Assembly (NCBI GenBank): GCA_037305845.1
Contig: CP147778.1
Location: 1,088,001 to 1,152,000 of the forward strand
Direction of reading: 5' to 3'
Origin: Candidatus Freyarchaeum deiterrae
GTDB lineage: Archaea; Asgardarchaeota; Jordiarchaeia; Jordiarchaeales; Jordiarchaeaceae
DNA: 64,000 nt
Position numbers and translations under genes: made by a program. This document shows, in pieces, positions 31,763 to 42,104 of this stretch; position 1 is the stretch's first letter; each line of letters opens with the position of its first letter. The notes beneath the pieces were generated by a model. The model ran no database searches. It had not been told where the DNA came from and saw only the letters and a program-made list of their open reading frames with translations.

Positions 31763-33112
31763 CTAGGTTTCTCCCACAATTCTTATCTGGTTGAAGCTAA
31801 TCCAAGGCGATACCATATAAGCTATCTGGCGTATATTATTTCCAATGCTTTTTATGTCTTTAATCATGTTATAGATGTTCCCAGCTAGCATCGCCCCTTT
31901 AACCGCGTTCTTGATTTCACCCTTTTCAATCTTCCAACATGGAGTTGCGACTACGCTTACTTCACCAGATTCTGGATTGCTGGAATGAGCGCCTTGCACA
32001 TCACGAACAAAAAATCCATTGTCTATTTCAGCTATCATTTCATCGGAAGTTTTATCTCCATTTTCAACGCATAAGTTTGTAGGGGCTATTATCGGCGTTG
32101 TTGCGTAACCCCTTCTTCTCGCGTTTCCGGTTGATTGGGTTTTGGCTTTCCTCCCGAAGTAGTTGTCAAAAATAAAATTTTTCAGGATTCCTTTTTCAAT
32201 AATTGATGTTTTTTGGGCTGGTGTACCTTCTCCATCAAAGGCTGAAGTACTGAGACCTTTTTCCATTGTTCCATCGTCGTCTATAGTCAAAGTTTCGGAC
32301 GCAACCAGTGTATTTTTTTTGTCTTTATAGGCGGATTTATCTCGGATAACGTTATCACCGCTAATTGTTGGGATTAAAGTGTAACTTAAAAGACTTACCA
32401 AGGCATCCTGAGACAATATGACTGTATAGTTTCCTGTCTCCGCTTTTTTAGGTTTAAGTGAATCGACTGCCAGCTTGGCTGCTTCTCGGCCAACATTTTC
32501 AGGATTAATGTTAAAAGAACGCTTGTAATCAGCCTCGCTGCATTCAGTTGAAACTGTGCTACCTTCTTGGGCTATAGTTCCCATCATACAGCCCATCGCT
32601 GTGCTTTTTTCGCATCCTTCTACTCCATGGCTGTTTATTATGGCGGATATTGCATGTCCTGAACCCGCTCCTCCCCAGTAGGGCATCACTCTTTTATCGT
32701 ACTCACTGGCTGCTTGAAGCATTCTACCAGTTATTTCGACCATGTCTTCTGCCATAAGTTCGGGTATTCTTTTGTCATATATTCCTCTAACTACTGGGAA
32801 AGAACTAGGATAGGGAAGTTCAGACCAATTATTGTCTGGTTTACTGGATTTAGCGATTTGTATTGTTTTTTCGGTGATTTCTTTCAGCTTCTTTTCGTCC
32901 AAACTATTGCAGAAACCGAAACCAACGGTTTTATTGACTATGACACGAATCCCAACTCCACTGTCTATGATGCTACTACTACTTGTTATCTGTCCAAGCC
33001 TAACTTCTATTTCAAAGGATTTACCTGATGCAACAAACAATTCTACTTCATCTGCACCCATTTGCTCCGCAAAAGAAATCATGCCTTCTACTTTACCTAA
33101 TATTTCGCTCAT
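31763..33112 (-). CDS. pmbA: TldE/PmbA family protein
   Basis: FDGEGTP, STGNA and PTNL; lacks HExxH; adjacent to tldD. Confidence 0.9.
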   Translation of the reverse strand: MSEILGKVEGMISFAEQMGADEVELFVASGKSFEIEVRLGQITSSSSIIDSGVGIRVIVNKTVGFGFCNSLDEKKLKEITEKTIQIAKSSKPDNNWSELPYPSSFPVVRGIYDKRIPELMAEDMVEITGRMLQAASEYDKRVMPYWGGAGSGHAISAIINSHGVEGCEKSTAMGCMMGTIAQEGSTVSTECSEADYKRSFNINPENVGREAAKLAVDSLKPKKAETGNYTVILSQDALVSLLSYTLIPTISGDNVIRDKSAYKDKKNTLVASETLTIDDDGTMEKGLSTSAFDGEGTPAQKTSIIEKGILKNFIFDNYFGRKAKTQSTGNARRRGYATTPIIAPTNLCVENGDKTSDEMIAEIDNGFFVRDVQGAHSSNPESGEVSVVATPCWKIEKGEIKNAVKGAMLAGNIYNMIKDIKSIGNNIRQIAYMVSPWISFNQIRIVGET

Positions 33113-34552
33113 TTAATCCACTCCACCAACAATGAGGTTTTTAACCCTAATAGGAGGCCCTCCATCTCCCACAAAAGCAGTCTGCCCTTTTCCGCAACGG
33201 CCACTATACATTTCAAAATTCTTCCCTATTGCATCTACCTGCTTCAACGTTTCCAAAGTGTTCCCGCTTATCGAAGCATTTCTTACCGGCGCACCTAGTT
33301 CACCGTTTACGATTTCATAAGCCTCTTGAATTCCTACCTGAAAGGTTCCATCGAGATTAGCTTGACCCCCTCTAAAACTTACTAGATAGTATCCGAAATT
33401 GATGCCTTCAAGAAGCTCTTCGAAGGTATAATCTCGAGGCTCTATGAAAGTGTTTCGCATTCTAATTAATGGAAATACTCGAAAATCCTCAGCGCGTGCA
33501 TTTCCAGTTGGTTTAACATTGAATTGTCCAACCATTTCAGTTGGCACCATCAAGTTTCTAAGCTTCTGCATTTTTGATGAATGTTCCCTATCGTACATTA
33601 ATCCTACTACACATCCTTCCTTTAAAAGAACTGTTTTCTGAGACCGCACACCCTCGTCATCGTATTTGAAGCTCCCGAAACCGCCATCAATTGTACCATC
33701 ATCATATATTGTAACGAGGGGTGATGCAATCTTCAATCCTAAATTTTTCGCTAGGACACTTCCAGAAATTGTAAGATCCGCCTCGGCAAGATGACCAAAG
33801 GCTTCGTGTGCGAATGTGCCAGTTACGTCTGGACCCAGAACGACGGTAAAAGGCCCTCCTTTCGGAGGCTTAGCCTTAATCTGATTCATAACGCGTTTTG
33901 CGAGGCGCTCACCTATACTCTCCGGTGGTTCTTTTCTCAAAAATCCAAAACCTTTGGTGGATCCCAGCTCTTCTCTACTGGACGCAAATACATCGCCTTT
34001 CCGCCCGGTGGCTACTATTCTGCTCCAGACGTAGAGAACATCTTGCTCAATAACGGTTCCCTCACTGTTAACATACCATTTTTTTCCAGTCATGTCAGCG
34101 TAATCTATAGTGCAGCTCCGGATAATCTTGTTATAGTTTAGAATATAGTCATTGAGGGTGAAAAAAAGTTTCAATTTTTCTTCGATGTGAATGTCTTTAG
34201 GATCCTCATCGGGCTTTATTACCACCTGGTCTTCAACCGTTTCACTTTCGGAGAGTGTTACTGGTTCTCGGATATGTCTGCTTGTGGTAATCGCCATTTT
34301 AACAGCCTTTTCGGTTGCCTCCCTTAATTCAGCTTCGGTGTTAACGGTGGAGAATCCCCAACTTCCATGAGCCAAAACTCTGATGGCGAAACCTGAATCA
34401 ATCCCCTGTTTAACAGACTCTACTCTTCCATCTTCTATATGGAAAATAGTTTCATCTGAGCTTTGCATTCTAACTTCCATAAAGTCGGATCCTAGTTTTT
34501 GAGCATAATCAACAATGTCTATCAGTAAATCCCTCAAGATGAGACCTCCCAA
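33113..34552 (-). CDS. tldD: TldD family metalloprotease
   Basis: HEAFGHLAEAD, YDDEG, RMRNT and CGKGQ. Confidence 0.92.
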   Translation of the reverse strand: MGGLILRDLLIDIVDYAQKLGSDFMEVRMQSSDETIFHIEDGRVESVKQGIDSGFAIRVLAHGSWGFSTVNTEAELREATEKAVKMAITTSRHIREPVTLSESETVEDQVVIKPDEDPKDIHIEEKLKLFFTLNDYILNYNKIIRSCTIDYADMTGKKWYVNSEGTVIEQDVLYVWSRIVATGRKGDVFASSREELGSTKGFGFLRKEPPESIGERLAKRVMNQIKAKPPKGGPFTVVLGPDVTGTFAHEAFGHLAEADLTISGSVLAKNLGLKIASPLVTIYDDGTIDGGFGSFKYDDEGVRSQKTVLLKEGCVVGLMYDREHSSKMQKLRNLMVPTEMVGQFNVKPTGNARAEDFRVFPLIRMRNTFIEPRDYTFEELLEGINFGYYLVSFRGGQANLDGTFQVGIQEAYEIVNGELGAPVRNASISGNTLETLKQVDAIGKNFEMYSGRCGKGQTAFVGDGGPPIRVKNLIVGGVD

Positions 34553-34693
34553 TTTTTAAAATAATTTTGCGTAAACTTTGATTGAAGCAATAAGAAAAGG
34601 ATAATAATGATATTTTTGTCTCTAAAAGGGGAGAGCAATGGCTATAAGAGTATCGCATAACTATTAAAAATAGGAAAACTCGGGGTTTCAAAA

Positions 34694-35509
34694 ATGGCAA
34701 CAGTAAGAGTAGCCGCGATACAGATTTCTAAAAAAGAAACAAAGGAAAAAAACATCGAGATAGCATACAAATTAGCTAAACAGGCAGCTAATAAAGAAGT
34801 TGACATTATCTGTTTTCCAGAGAAGTGGAATATCAAGGAAGGAGACCCATTAAAAGATTCCGAGGATGAGGATGGACCAAGCATAAAATGTCTTGAAAAA
34901 ATTGCCAGCGAAAACGGGATCTACGTACTTGGCGGCTCAATTTGGGAGAAAGAGGATGAAAAGTATTACAACAAATCCAGACTATTTGATAGAAATGGAA
35001 ACTGTATTGGTTTGCATAGGAAAATCCATCTTTACAAATTTGAAAAAGCGGTTTTTACTCCAGGAGACAAGTTGGAGACTTGTAACACCGAATTTGGCAA
35101 GGTGGGAATGCCCATATGCTTCGATTTGGTTTTTCCCGAAGTTGCTAGAATATTGACGTTAAAAGGTGCTGACATAATTTTGAATCCTTCTTTTATAGTA
35201 TCATCAGGCATAGAGAATTGGCATATTTATCTAAAGGCTAGGGCTCTTGAAAACAGGATGCCCATAGTTTCCGTTAATGCGGTTAGTAATGAACGAGGTG
35301 AAGTATGGCCTGGCCATAGTTTGATAATAGGTTTTAAGGAAGGATTCGAAAGTCCTTCCAAGCTGGAACTAATAGAGGGGTCTAATAAAGAGAAAATTAT
35401 CACCGCGAACCTGAATTTGGATTACGCCCGCAAAATTAGAGAGATTCGACTAGCGGAACGGAGCGAAATAGACAAGAAAATCTTTGATAGTCTTAAATCT
35501 GAAAAATGA
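34694..35509 (+). CDS. Carbon-nitrogen hydrolase (nitrilase family)
   Basis: Catalytic triad motifs FPE, RKIHL and ICFDL.FPE; RALEN. Confidence 0.92.
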   Translation: MATVRVAAIQISKKETKEKNIEIAYKLAKQAANKEVDIICFPEKWNIKEGDPLKDSEDEDGPSIKCLEKIASENGIYVLGGSIWEKEDEKYYNKSRLFDRNGNCIGLHRKIHLYKFEKAVFTPGDKLETCNTEFGKVGMPICFDLVFPEVARILTLKGADIILNPSFIVSSGIENWHIYLKARALENRMPIVSVNAVSNERGEVWPGHSLIIGFKEGFESPSKLELIEGSNKEKIITANLNLDYARKIREIRLAERSEIDKKIFDSLKSEK

Positions 35510-35586
35510 AAAAAATCGGAAACATCTGATGATAATGGTGAGCCATACAATAAATTTTCCAAAGCAACTGTGAGGATTATTGCTAA

Positions 35587-36120
35587 TTAATCCTCAATTT
35601 TTATTGTTAGTCTGCACTGCGGACGCTTCTTAGTTATTAATCTATGACAGGTCACAGTAGCATGGGGGTTGATTATTTTTGCTGCAGCGTTTTCCCCTTC
35701 AGAGAATATTTCACAAATTTCCGTTGAATTCTTGATTCGAATAATAGGGCAATTTTTTATGTCAACTTCACAGTTTTTTGAATTGAGTTCTAGAATATGA
35801 TAGTCTTCCCCAAGAAGCGCACGCCTCGATATAATAAGTGAAGCAATCGAAACCGCGTCGTTGCTTGATATGTTAAAGAATTGTTTATAACCCATGAGTA
35901 GGCTACTCAATCTATTTTTAATCAGTTCTTTACAAAATCCGAGACCCTTGTCTCCAAATTCATCAATAGTCGAGGTTACGAATGCTATACTCCAGTCCTG
36001 TAACTCCATTCTTAATAGCAATACCTTTTCCTGTTCTGAAAGTTCACGCACCAAAGCATTTTTCTGCGCTTTCTCCTCCAAGAATTTACCTCCACGAATC
36101 TTAAAGAACCGTTTTTGCAT
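35587..36120 (-). CDS. V4R/ATC-hydrolase-like Cys-containing protein
   Basis: NCP...C...AKIINP...C pattern. Confidence 0.6.
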   Translation of the reverse strand: MQKRFFKIRGGKFLEEKAQKNALVRELSEQEKVLLLRMELQDWSIAFVTSTIDEFGDKGLGFCKELIKNRLSSLLMGYKQFFNISSNDAVSIASLIISRRALLGEDYHILELNSKNCEVDIKNCPIIRIKNSTEICEIFSEGENAAAKIINPHATVTCHRLITKKRPQCRLTIKIED

Positions 36121-36287
36121 GATAGTCTTAAAATTACTTATGTGAGATTTAATAACTTTAAAATAGTTAACTCTTATTGTTTGTTTATGACCAAAAATAT
36201 AAATATAAACGCGAAAGATTCACTTCTTCCGTATAATTAACCATAGAAATGCTTTTAATGGGGCTAACGCTTGTTTGTTATTAATCG

Positions 36288-36578
36288 GTGGTGAGAATAG
36301 TGAGTAAGAAAAAATGGACTAAGGAAGCTAAACCGGCCGAAAAGGAAGTTAGGAAAGTAGTATTGGACGAGGAACTAAAATCAACTATGGAAGAAGAAAT
36401 TCCAAAAATGAAGCTAGTTACCCCCTCAATCATATCAGGAAAGTACAAAATTCGAGTAAGCACTGCAAAAGAAGTAATCAGTGATTTGGAGCACAAAGGA
36501 AAACTAAAGATGGTAGAAGAAAATCATAGATTGAAAGTATACACAGCACCAGCGAAGGGTAAAGAAGAAGCTAGCTAA
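36288..36578 (+). CDS. rps25e: 30S ribosomal protein S25e
   Basis: KKKW, EIPKMKLVTPSIISGKYKIRVSTAK and VYT. Confidence 0.9.
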   Translation: MVRIVSKKKWTKEAKPAEKEVRKVVLDEELKSTMEEEIPKMKLVTPSIISGKYKIRVSTAKEVISDLEHKGKLKMVEENHRLKVYTAPAKGKEEAS

Positions 36579-36728
36579 AAAACTTAGTAAGACATTGATG
36601 ATAACGAAAAAGTGTTAAGCTTTCAAACATAATTATTTTAAAAATAAATTCAAATTACATCCGTTTATTATCCTTCGATTTTTTCATCCTATCGACTTTT
36701 TAGAGAGGGAAGCTCTCTTAAAAGATTT

Positions 36729-37190
36729 TTATCTTATTATGAACGCGCTTTTTATTTCTTCACTTACCAGTAAGTAAATCAGTATCAATATGTTTACAGC
36801 AACTAGGGGAAGTGCCATTAAGTCTGATAGAATAAGCGCCGATACAAAAAAGCCTAAGACGGATAGAACTATTGCTAAATAATAGGCCCAGCGCTTAAGA
36901 TTGGAAAATGTGTAGAAAACTACGATGCTAAAAACACCCCAGGTTATCAGGAAAACAAACCTGAAAAAGTTAATATTTATCCAGATATTTAGCATATAGC
37001 TTGAGCCAGAGACCAAAATACTGGATGCGGGGTCTATTGAGATGGGTAAGAGTAAAACGGTAATTGACAGATAGTTTCCGAGTTGTGCCCAAAATAACAA
37101 TGTGTATATTCCAAAAAAGAGCATCACAATACCTTGAATAAGGATAATAAGAGAAACTAAAGCAACATTTAAAGGTTGTTTTCCGACCAT
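36729..37190 (-). CDS. Four-TM membrane protein
   Basis: Hydrophobic helices and LKRWAYY. Confidence 0.7.
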   Translation of the reverse strand: MVGKQPLNVALVSLIILIQGIVMLFFGIYTLLFWAQLGNYLSITVLLLPISIDPASSILVSGSSYMLNIWININFFRFVFLITWGVFSIVVFYTFSNLKRWAYYLAIVLSVLGFFVSALILSDLMALPLVAVNILILIYLLVSEEIKSAFIIR

Positions 37191-37486
37191 TTTTCCAACC
37201 CTGATGACTCGTTGATATCTTTTTGGCGTTTACACATTTAAGTTTGATTGTCCAAACCCCTATTAAATAATTTGGTAAATTCAAAATGTAAGGGCGTCAT
37301 AAATTTTTTTTACCTATTATATTTTTTATTAATATAAAAATAGTGTTTTAACATAAATCGCCAGATGAAAAAAAAGAGTGAAAAATATTTGAGTTTAAAA
37401 AAGAAAAATTTAAATGGTTAACGAAACAAAAATAAGTAACAACATAACACTCCTTCTGATAAAGAGGGTACAAGGGAGGTCTTTTA

Positions 37487-37834
37487 ATGGCTAAACAGGC
37501 AAAAAAGAAAAACAAGGAAGAAACTGTACCAGAAGAGAATATGGTTTTTATTGGAAAAAAACCGACAAAGTAGATTCACGTTAGTGTTCTACGTCGAATG
37601 AGTTACGTTCTGGCTTGCGTTATTCAGTTTAATCAGGGTGCGAAAGAAGTAAGAGTTGTGGCGCGTGGAAGGGCGATTTCCAAGGCTGTTGATGTTGCGG
37701 AGATCGTACGCCAGCGTTTCTTGCCTGAGGGTGTAAAATTGGGTAAGATTACTATGGGCACCGAGATTATGGGAGCTAGTGCTGACGAAAAACGTAATGT
37801 TTCCACTATTGATATTCAACTCCTAAAAGCTTAA
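37487..37834 (+). CDS. albA: Alba chromatin/RNA-binding protein, split by an intron: join(37487..37568,37599..37834), 105 aa
   Basis: GGAGGT RBS then ATG at 37487. The spliced product reads ...[17 protein letters not shown]...[15 protein letters not shown]...RNVSTIDI. Confidence 0.9.
37569..37598 (+). other. Putative 30-nt BHB/BHL mRNA intron in alba
   Basis: CGAC/GTCG 4-bp helix, AAA and AAT bulges, inner stem GTAGA/TCTAC, in-frame TAG at 37571-37573. Confidence 0.85.
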
Positions 37835-38025
37835 AAGGTCTGAATCGGAATATTTCCTAGGAGTATGGTACTATACAAGTGGAAGTCCTATTAATTTGAA
37901 CCGAGTTACTCCAGTTTTTTTAGAATTGTAAGGTTTGTAAGAATTTTTTATAACTGTAATTCGTTCAAATAGAAAATATATAGCAATAAAAGTTGAATTA
38001 ATATAAATTATTACGGGGTTAAATA

Positions 38026-38388
38026 TTGCCAAATATTGAGTATGAAAAAACAGGTAAGAAAACTAGTATACATAGTGACTCAATTCCAATAGAAACGAAG
38101 ACTCTCGAGGATGTTAGGTGCGGAAACTGCGGATTGCCTCTCCTTATCCATGTTTTTTGGAGAGGTGAGAAGTACGAGCGCATAGTTGAGTGTAAGAAAT
38201 GTGAGATAAGTTTCTCGCTGGAAGGAAATCATAAACCTATCGATACAAAAGCAAATCCTGTGGGTAGTAATGTAAATCCTATTGATGCTAAAACAAATCC
38301 TGCTAAAGAGGCCAAACCAAAACCAGCTAAGAAGAGTAACGATGACAAAAAGGAAAGTATGGTGGATCGGCTTGTTCGATCATGGTGA
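38026..38388 (+). CDS. Zinc-finger hypothetical protein with a low-complexity tail
   Basis: CGNC...CKKC followed by short NPxxxK-type repeats. Confidence 0.65.
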   Translation: MPNIEYEKTGKKTSIHSDSIPIETKTLEDVRCGNCGLPLLIHVFWRGEKYERIVECKKCEISFSLEGNHKPIDTKANPVGSNVNPIDAKTNPAKEAKPKPAKKSNDDKKESMVDRLVRSW

Positions 38389-38436
38389 TGGAAGAAAGAT
38401 GGCTTGAGATTTAATTTTTTATAGGCTAGTGAAGTC

Positions 38437-39018
38437 ATGGTAGAAAAGGTCAGATTCGAGTGTGTTAAGTGTGGTAATTGTTGCAGGGATAAGAATTTCA
38501 TAATAACAATTACGGATAAGGATACTTTTCTACTGGCTAATCATTTAAAATGTGATCTTAAAGAACTTTTATCGAAGTATATTGGTTTTTATCAGGTTAG
38601 GAAAGAACTTGAAAACAGACTAGTTTTTCCAGCTATTTCAACATATAGAGGTAATGCTTTCCTGGGATTAAGAAAGAAGAGCGATGGTTCCTGTTTGTTT
38701 TTGAGGGATGATAATCTTTGCGGAATTTATGCAGCTAGACCTATGGTGTGCCGAAGTTTCCCTTTTACTTTTGAAGTTAAGGAGGGATGGCTTTCTTGGG
38801 GTCTAATGGCGAAAGCGGAGGAGATTTGCCCAGGATTGGGACAGGGTGAAATAGTCTCTGAGGAAAGTTTAGAAAAGATGGGGAGAGAAATAATTAGGAA
38901 CCTTAAGGAGTACAGAAAAGTAGTTTCAATTTGGAACCATCACGCAAAAGTTGAGCAGCTAGACCCGGCCTTACTGGTGAAGACATTTCTCGAAGAAGCA
39001 AATCTTACTCCTCAATAA
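38437..39018 (+). CDS. YkgJ family (CxxCxxCC) cysteine cluster protein
   Basis: FECVKCGNCC, CLFL, CGIYAARPMVCRSFPF and CPGLG. Confidence 0.9.
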   Translation: MVEKVRFECVKCGNCCRDKNFIITITDKDTFLLANHLKCDLKELLSKYIGFYQVRKELENRLVFPAISTYRGNAFLGLRKKSDGSCLFLRDDNLCGIYAARPMVCRSFPFTFEVKEGWLSWGLMAKAEEICPGLGQGEIVSEESLEKMGREIIRNLKEYRKVVSIWNHHAKVEQLDPALLVKTFLEEANLTPQ

Positions 39019-39263
39019 ACTTAACAAAATATTTTTGCCAGTTAGAGAAGACTAAAATTTTGGGATAAGCGTTAATTTTGCATCAAGTTAAAAGAACTGT
39101 TAAAAAAATTAGATAATTTTAGCTCATTACCTAGGGCGAGATTGATATTAAAAATTAAATTTTGAGGCTTAAATCTATTTTTTTAGAGTTGAGGATAATA
39201 TTTAATAGCATAATTAACCATAATAAATTGGCTCTTCTTGAATTGTTGGGGAGTGAGTCAATA

Positions 39264-39767
39264 TTGAAATTAGAGGAAGCGGCTCGGAAGGCTATAGACC
39301 TTTTAAGAGAAGCAGGCGAAAGTGGAATATATAATATCGAACTTGCGCAAAAACTAAAAGTTCCAAAACGGCGCGTTTATGACATAGTGAATCCTCTTAA
39401 ACCCTTGGGGCTAGTCGAAATAAAAAAGGAAAGGGGAAAAACAAAAATCTGCTGGGCGGGGAAAACCGAGGCGGTACTTAAACCAGAAAAAGAGAAGATT
39501 CAAGAAAAAGAAAAAAATCTCGTAAAAATTGAAACCGTAAAGCTGGTAGAAGATAATCCGCTCATTGAATCAGTTACAGGAGATCAGGGAGAAGAAGGTT
39601 TTAAATTCAATTGTGCGGCGTTAAGAATAAGTTGCGGCAACGCGTTAAAAGCTTGTAGAGTGTATCACGATGGATTCGAGGTAGTTGTTGAAACTGATGG
39701 AGGGAACTTGTTAGTGAAGCCTAACTCCCTGAAACCGAAGACTCCAAAAGTAAAATCAGTATTTTAA
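39264..39767 (+). CDS. E2F/DP-like winged-helix DNA-binding protein (ORF open from 39162; likely start TTG 39264)
   Basis: LAQKLKVPKRRVYDIVNPL..LGLV...ICWAG matches the E2F/DP RRxYD signature. Confidence 0.75.
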   Translation: MKLEEAARKAIDLLREAGESGIYNIELAQKLKVPKRRVYDIVNPLKPLGLVEIKKERGKTKICWAGKTEAVLKPEKEKIQEKEKNLVKIETVKLVEDNPLIESVTGDQGEEGFKFNCAALRISCGNALKACRVYHDGFEVVVETDGGNLLVKPNSLKPKTPKVKSVF

Positions 39768-39843
39768 TCTTTAAAAATAGCCGAAAAAATTCATAAACTG
39801 AAAAGAACTGGAGTAGTCTTGAAGTAGGGGTTATAACAAAATT

Positions 39844-40221
39844 TTAAACAAGTTCCATTTTTATTCTGCTGCCTCTCTTTACTTTTTCAAATATTTCTAG
39901 ATTGCTAGTGATTTTCCCCACAATGTTTACTTGGGAATAAGGCTCAACTTCTTCAAAAAAGATGCACAATGAATCACCTTGACTCCAATAAGCTAAGGCG
40001 CCCTTCTCAACTTTTTTTGTGGGTTTCTCTAATCCCTTCTTTATACTCACAGGAAAATAAATTTCCTTTCCTTTCCAGATGTTTACTACACTAGAAATTG
40101 GAAGAGCATCTCGGAGCGCCTCTACTGTTCGAGAAGCATAAATTCTGTTTAGCTCACCCTCAGCTTCGCCTACTCTCTCGACAATAAATTTTACCCTAAA
40201 CCTTGACAAACTCTCAGACAT
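39844..40221 (-). CDS. Cyclophilin-like fold protein (DUF369/TM1367 type)
   Basis: LPISS..NIW..EIYF, GALAYW....LCIFF and VNIVGKI. Confidence 0.85.
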   Translation of the reverse strand: MSESLSRFRVKFIVERVGEAEGELNRIYASRTVEALRDALPISSVVNIWKGKEIYFPVSIKKGLEKPTKKVEKGALAYWSQGDSLCIFFEEVEPYSQVNIVGKITSNLEIFEKVKRGSRIKMELV

Positions 40222-40407
40222 AGTTGGTTACCCGAATTATTTTTCTGTGCAGAAGTAAATAAAAAAGTTTCCCATATTATTTTGTGAAACATGACACGAA
40301 GATTTCGGAGATTATTAATTTTAAAACTTTCTTAGGGAAAGAATTCAAACTCTCTTTTCTGAGCATAAACGAACTCCGGCATAACCTGTGTAGGAATTTG
40401 CGTTTTT

Positions 40408-41787
40408 TTAGAGGTAGTCTATTCCATTTTCTTTTTTGCACAAGAATTTTTCGTGGCACCATGTGAAAGATTTGTGTTTTTTGTAGATTTTGTCTATAGA
40501 ATCTATGATTTTTTCTGAAACGTTGGAACCATAAATTTTTGGAGCTTTTTTCATTATGCTAGGGACATCATTCTTGTAAATGTAATATATGAAGTCCGCT
40601 AGATTCTCTAAGGGTGGTGTGAGTATGTTTGATTCAGACATGACGGATTCTGGTCTATCCGTGTTGAAGCGACAGGTTAATGATGCGCATTCATCAATCA
40701 AATTAAGTTCTTCTTGCTGGGATCCACTATCTGTGAGACTTGCCCAGCAGTGTCCAGAGCGGAAGAATTCAATTACATTACCGTAACTTTTCCACAGAGG
40801 AGTGAATAAAAAGTTACCATTCTCTTCGGATAGTTTTTTGATCAAGTCGGTTAGACCATAATGTGTAAGTCCTGTCTTCATGGCGGTTAATTCCACAAGG
40901 CAGACGTTCATTTTGTAGTCTAAAACAAGTTTTTTTATAGCGTTAACAATGTTTTTGAATCGGGTTTCCGTGAGGTTATCTCGACGGTGCATATCAATTC
41001 TCAACCAATTATCCTGCTCAAGTTGAGGGTATATATCAAAAATACTATTTTCCGGTTTGTGATTTTTGGTGTACTCTACAGCATCTACCACACTGTTACC
41101 ACAAATTGGAATTAATTCGGGATCATACCCTTCACGAACAAGGTTCTCATAGTTAATTTCGTGTGGTGCAATAAAGCAGAAGGAACTTGAACCACATATA
41201 AAGGTGTCAATTTGTTCGGGGAATGGTTCATTTCTATCAATACACCAATCCGAAGTCCACTGACCGTTTGTAAATTCTTCAAAATCAATTGCCCCCTTCA
41301 CAAAATCAAACATGGAGCGGGGGTACATACCTCTTAATCCAGCTTCATTTTGAACACATTTTCTTCCCAGACCATAACTCCAGGCCAAGGGTACGACTCC
41401 AGCGGTTAATGTATCGCCGTGCACGCAGGGTATGAATTCTGTTTCGGGATAATTCTTTTTCAGATACCTGCCCAATTTTACCGTTTTAGAAAAGAGGTCA
41501 ACAAACTTGTCCGCCATGTCACCACGAATATTTAGATTCGCTACGAAACGTTCGTCTAAATGAAATTCTTTTAAACCGTGCCCTAAAAGCTCATCGAAGT
41601 GTTGGCCTGTGTGAACTACTCCGACAGGTTTCCCCTGTTTCTCACACTCAAGAACTAGGGGGAATTGCTTATAAAAATCAGGCTTAGTTGCCACAGTCAC
41701 TAAGAGTACATAGTCTTCGGTGGCGAGTTCCTTGATTCTATCTTCATAGATTTCTGGTTTTTGCAGGTTGATGTCCCACGAGCTCAA
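40408..41787 (-). CDS. UDP-N-acetylglucosamine 2-epimerase-like protein
   Basis: ATKPD, HTGQH, VHGDT, EAGLR, PFPEQ, HRRDN, TDSGSQQEE and TDRPE. Confidence 0.85.
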   Translation of the reverse strand: MSSWDINLQKPEIYEDRIKELATEDYVLLVTVATKPDFYKQFPLVLECEKQGKPVGVVHTGQHFDELLGHGLKEFHLDERFVANLNIRGDMADKFVDLFSKTVKLGRYLKKNYPETEFIPCVHGDTLTAGVVPLAWSYGLGRKCVQNEAGLRGMYPRSMFDFVKGAIDFEEFTNGQWTSDWCIDRNEPFPEQIDTFICGSSSFCFIAPHEINYENLVREGYDPELIPICGNSVVDAVEYTKNHKPENSIFDIYPQLEQDNWLRIDMHRRDNLTETRFKNIVNAIKKLVLDYKMNVCLVELTAMKTGLTHYGLTDLIKKLSEENGNFLFTPLWKSYGNVIEFFRSGHCWASLTDSGSQQEELNLIDECASLTCRFNTDRPESVMSESNILTPPLENLADFIYYIYKNDVPSIMKKAPKIYGSNVSEKIIDSIDKIYKKHKSFTWCHEKFLCKKENGIDYL

Positions 41788-42104
41788 GTTAAATGCCCCT
41801 TTCCCAATTTTTAACGGGATAGAACTAACTACTGACTGTAATCGTATTAATATTGGAGATATAAGATTAACTTAAAAGCTTTGGAAGAGGCAAATTGGAG
41901 TTTCAGATATTTGCTTTGATATTTTTTAAAGTAAAAGAACTATTTTTATTTTATTTCATTTGAGTTAAATTTATGTGTTTTAATACAAAAAAATTATTCG
42001 TGTAAAGAGTTAAATGTTTACTTATTGAAAAAACTTAATTGGTTTCAAACTAATATATAATAATAGACAACTTACCAAAATGATTAAAAAGTGAGGGTTG
42101 TTCT

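Noticed and set aside
33505-33600. Apparent in-frame insertion in TldD with a small CCAAC/GTTGG hairpin as a third intron
   Set aside because: I found no 4-bp helix with paired 3-nt bulges and no stop or frameshift. It is probably an ordinary loop insertion.
37571-37573. Pyrrolysine or UAG readthrough in alba
   Set aside because: It would insert 10 residues into a tightly conserved motif. The BHB geometry gives exact excision, and the sister insertion in mvhD is frameshifting. Not formally excluded.
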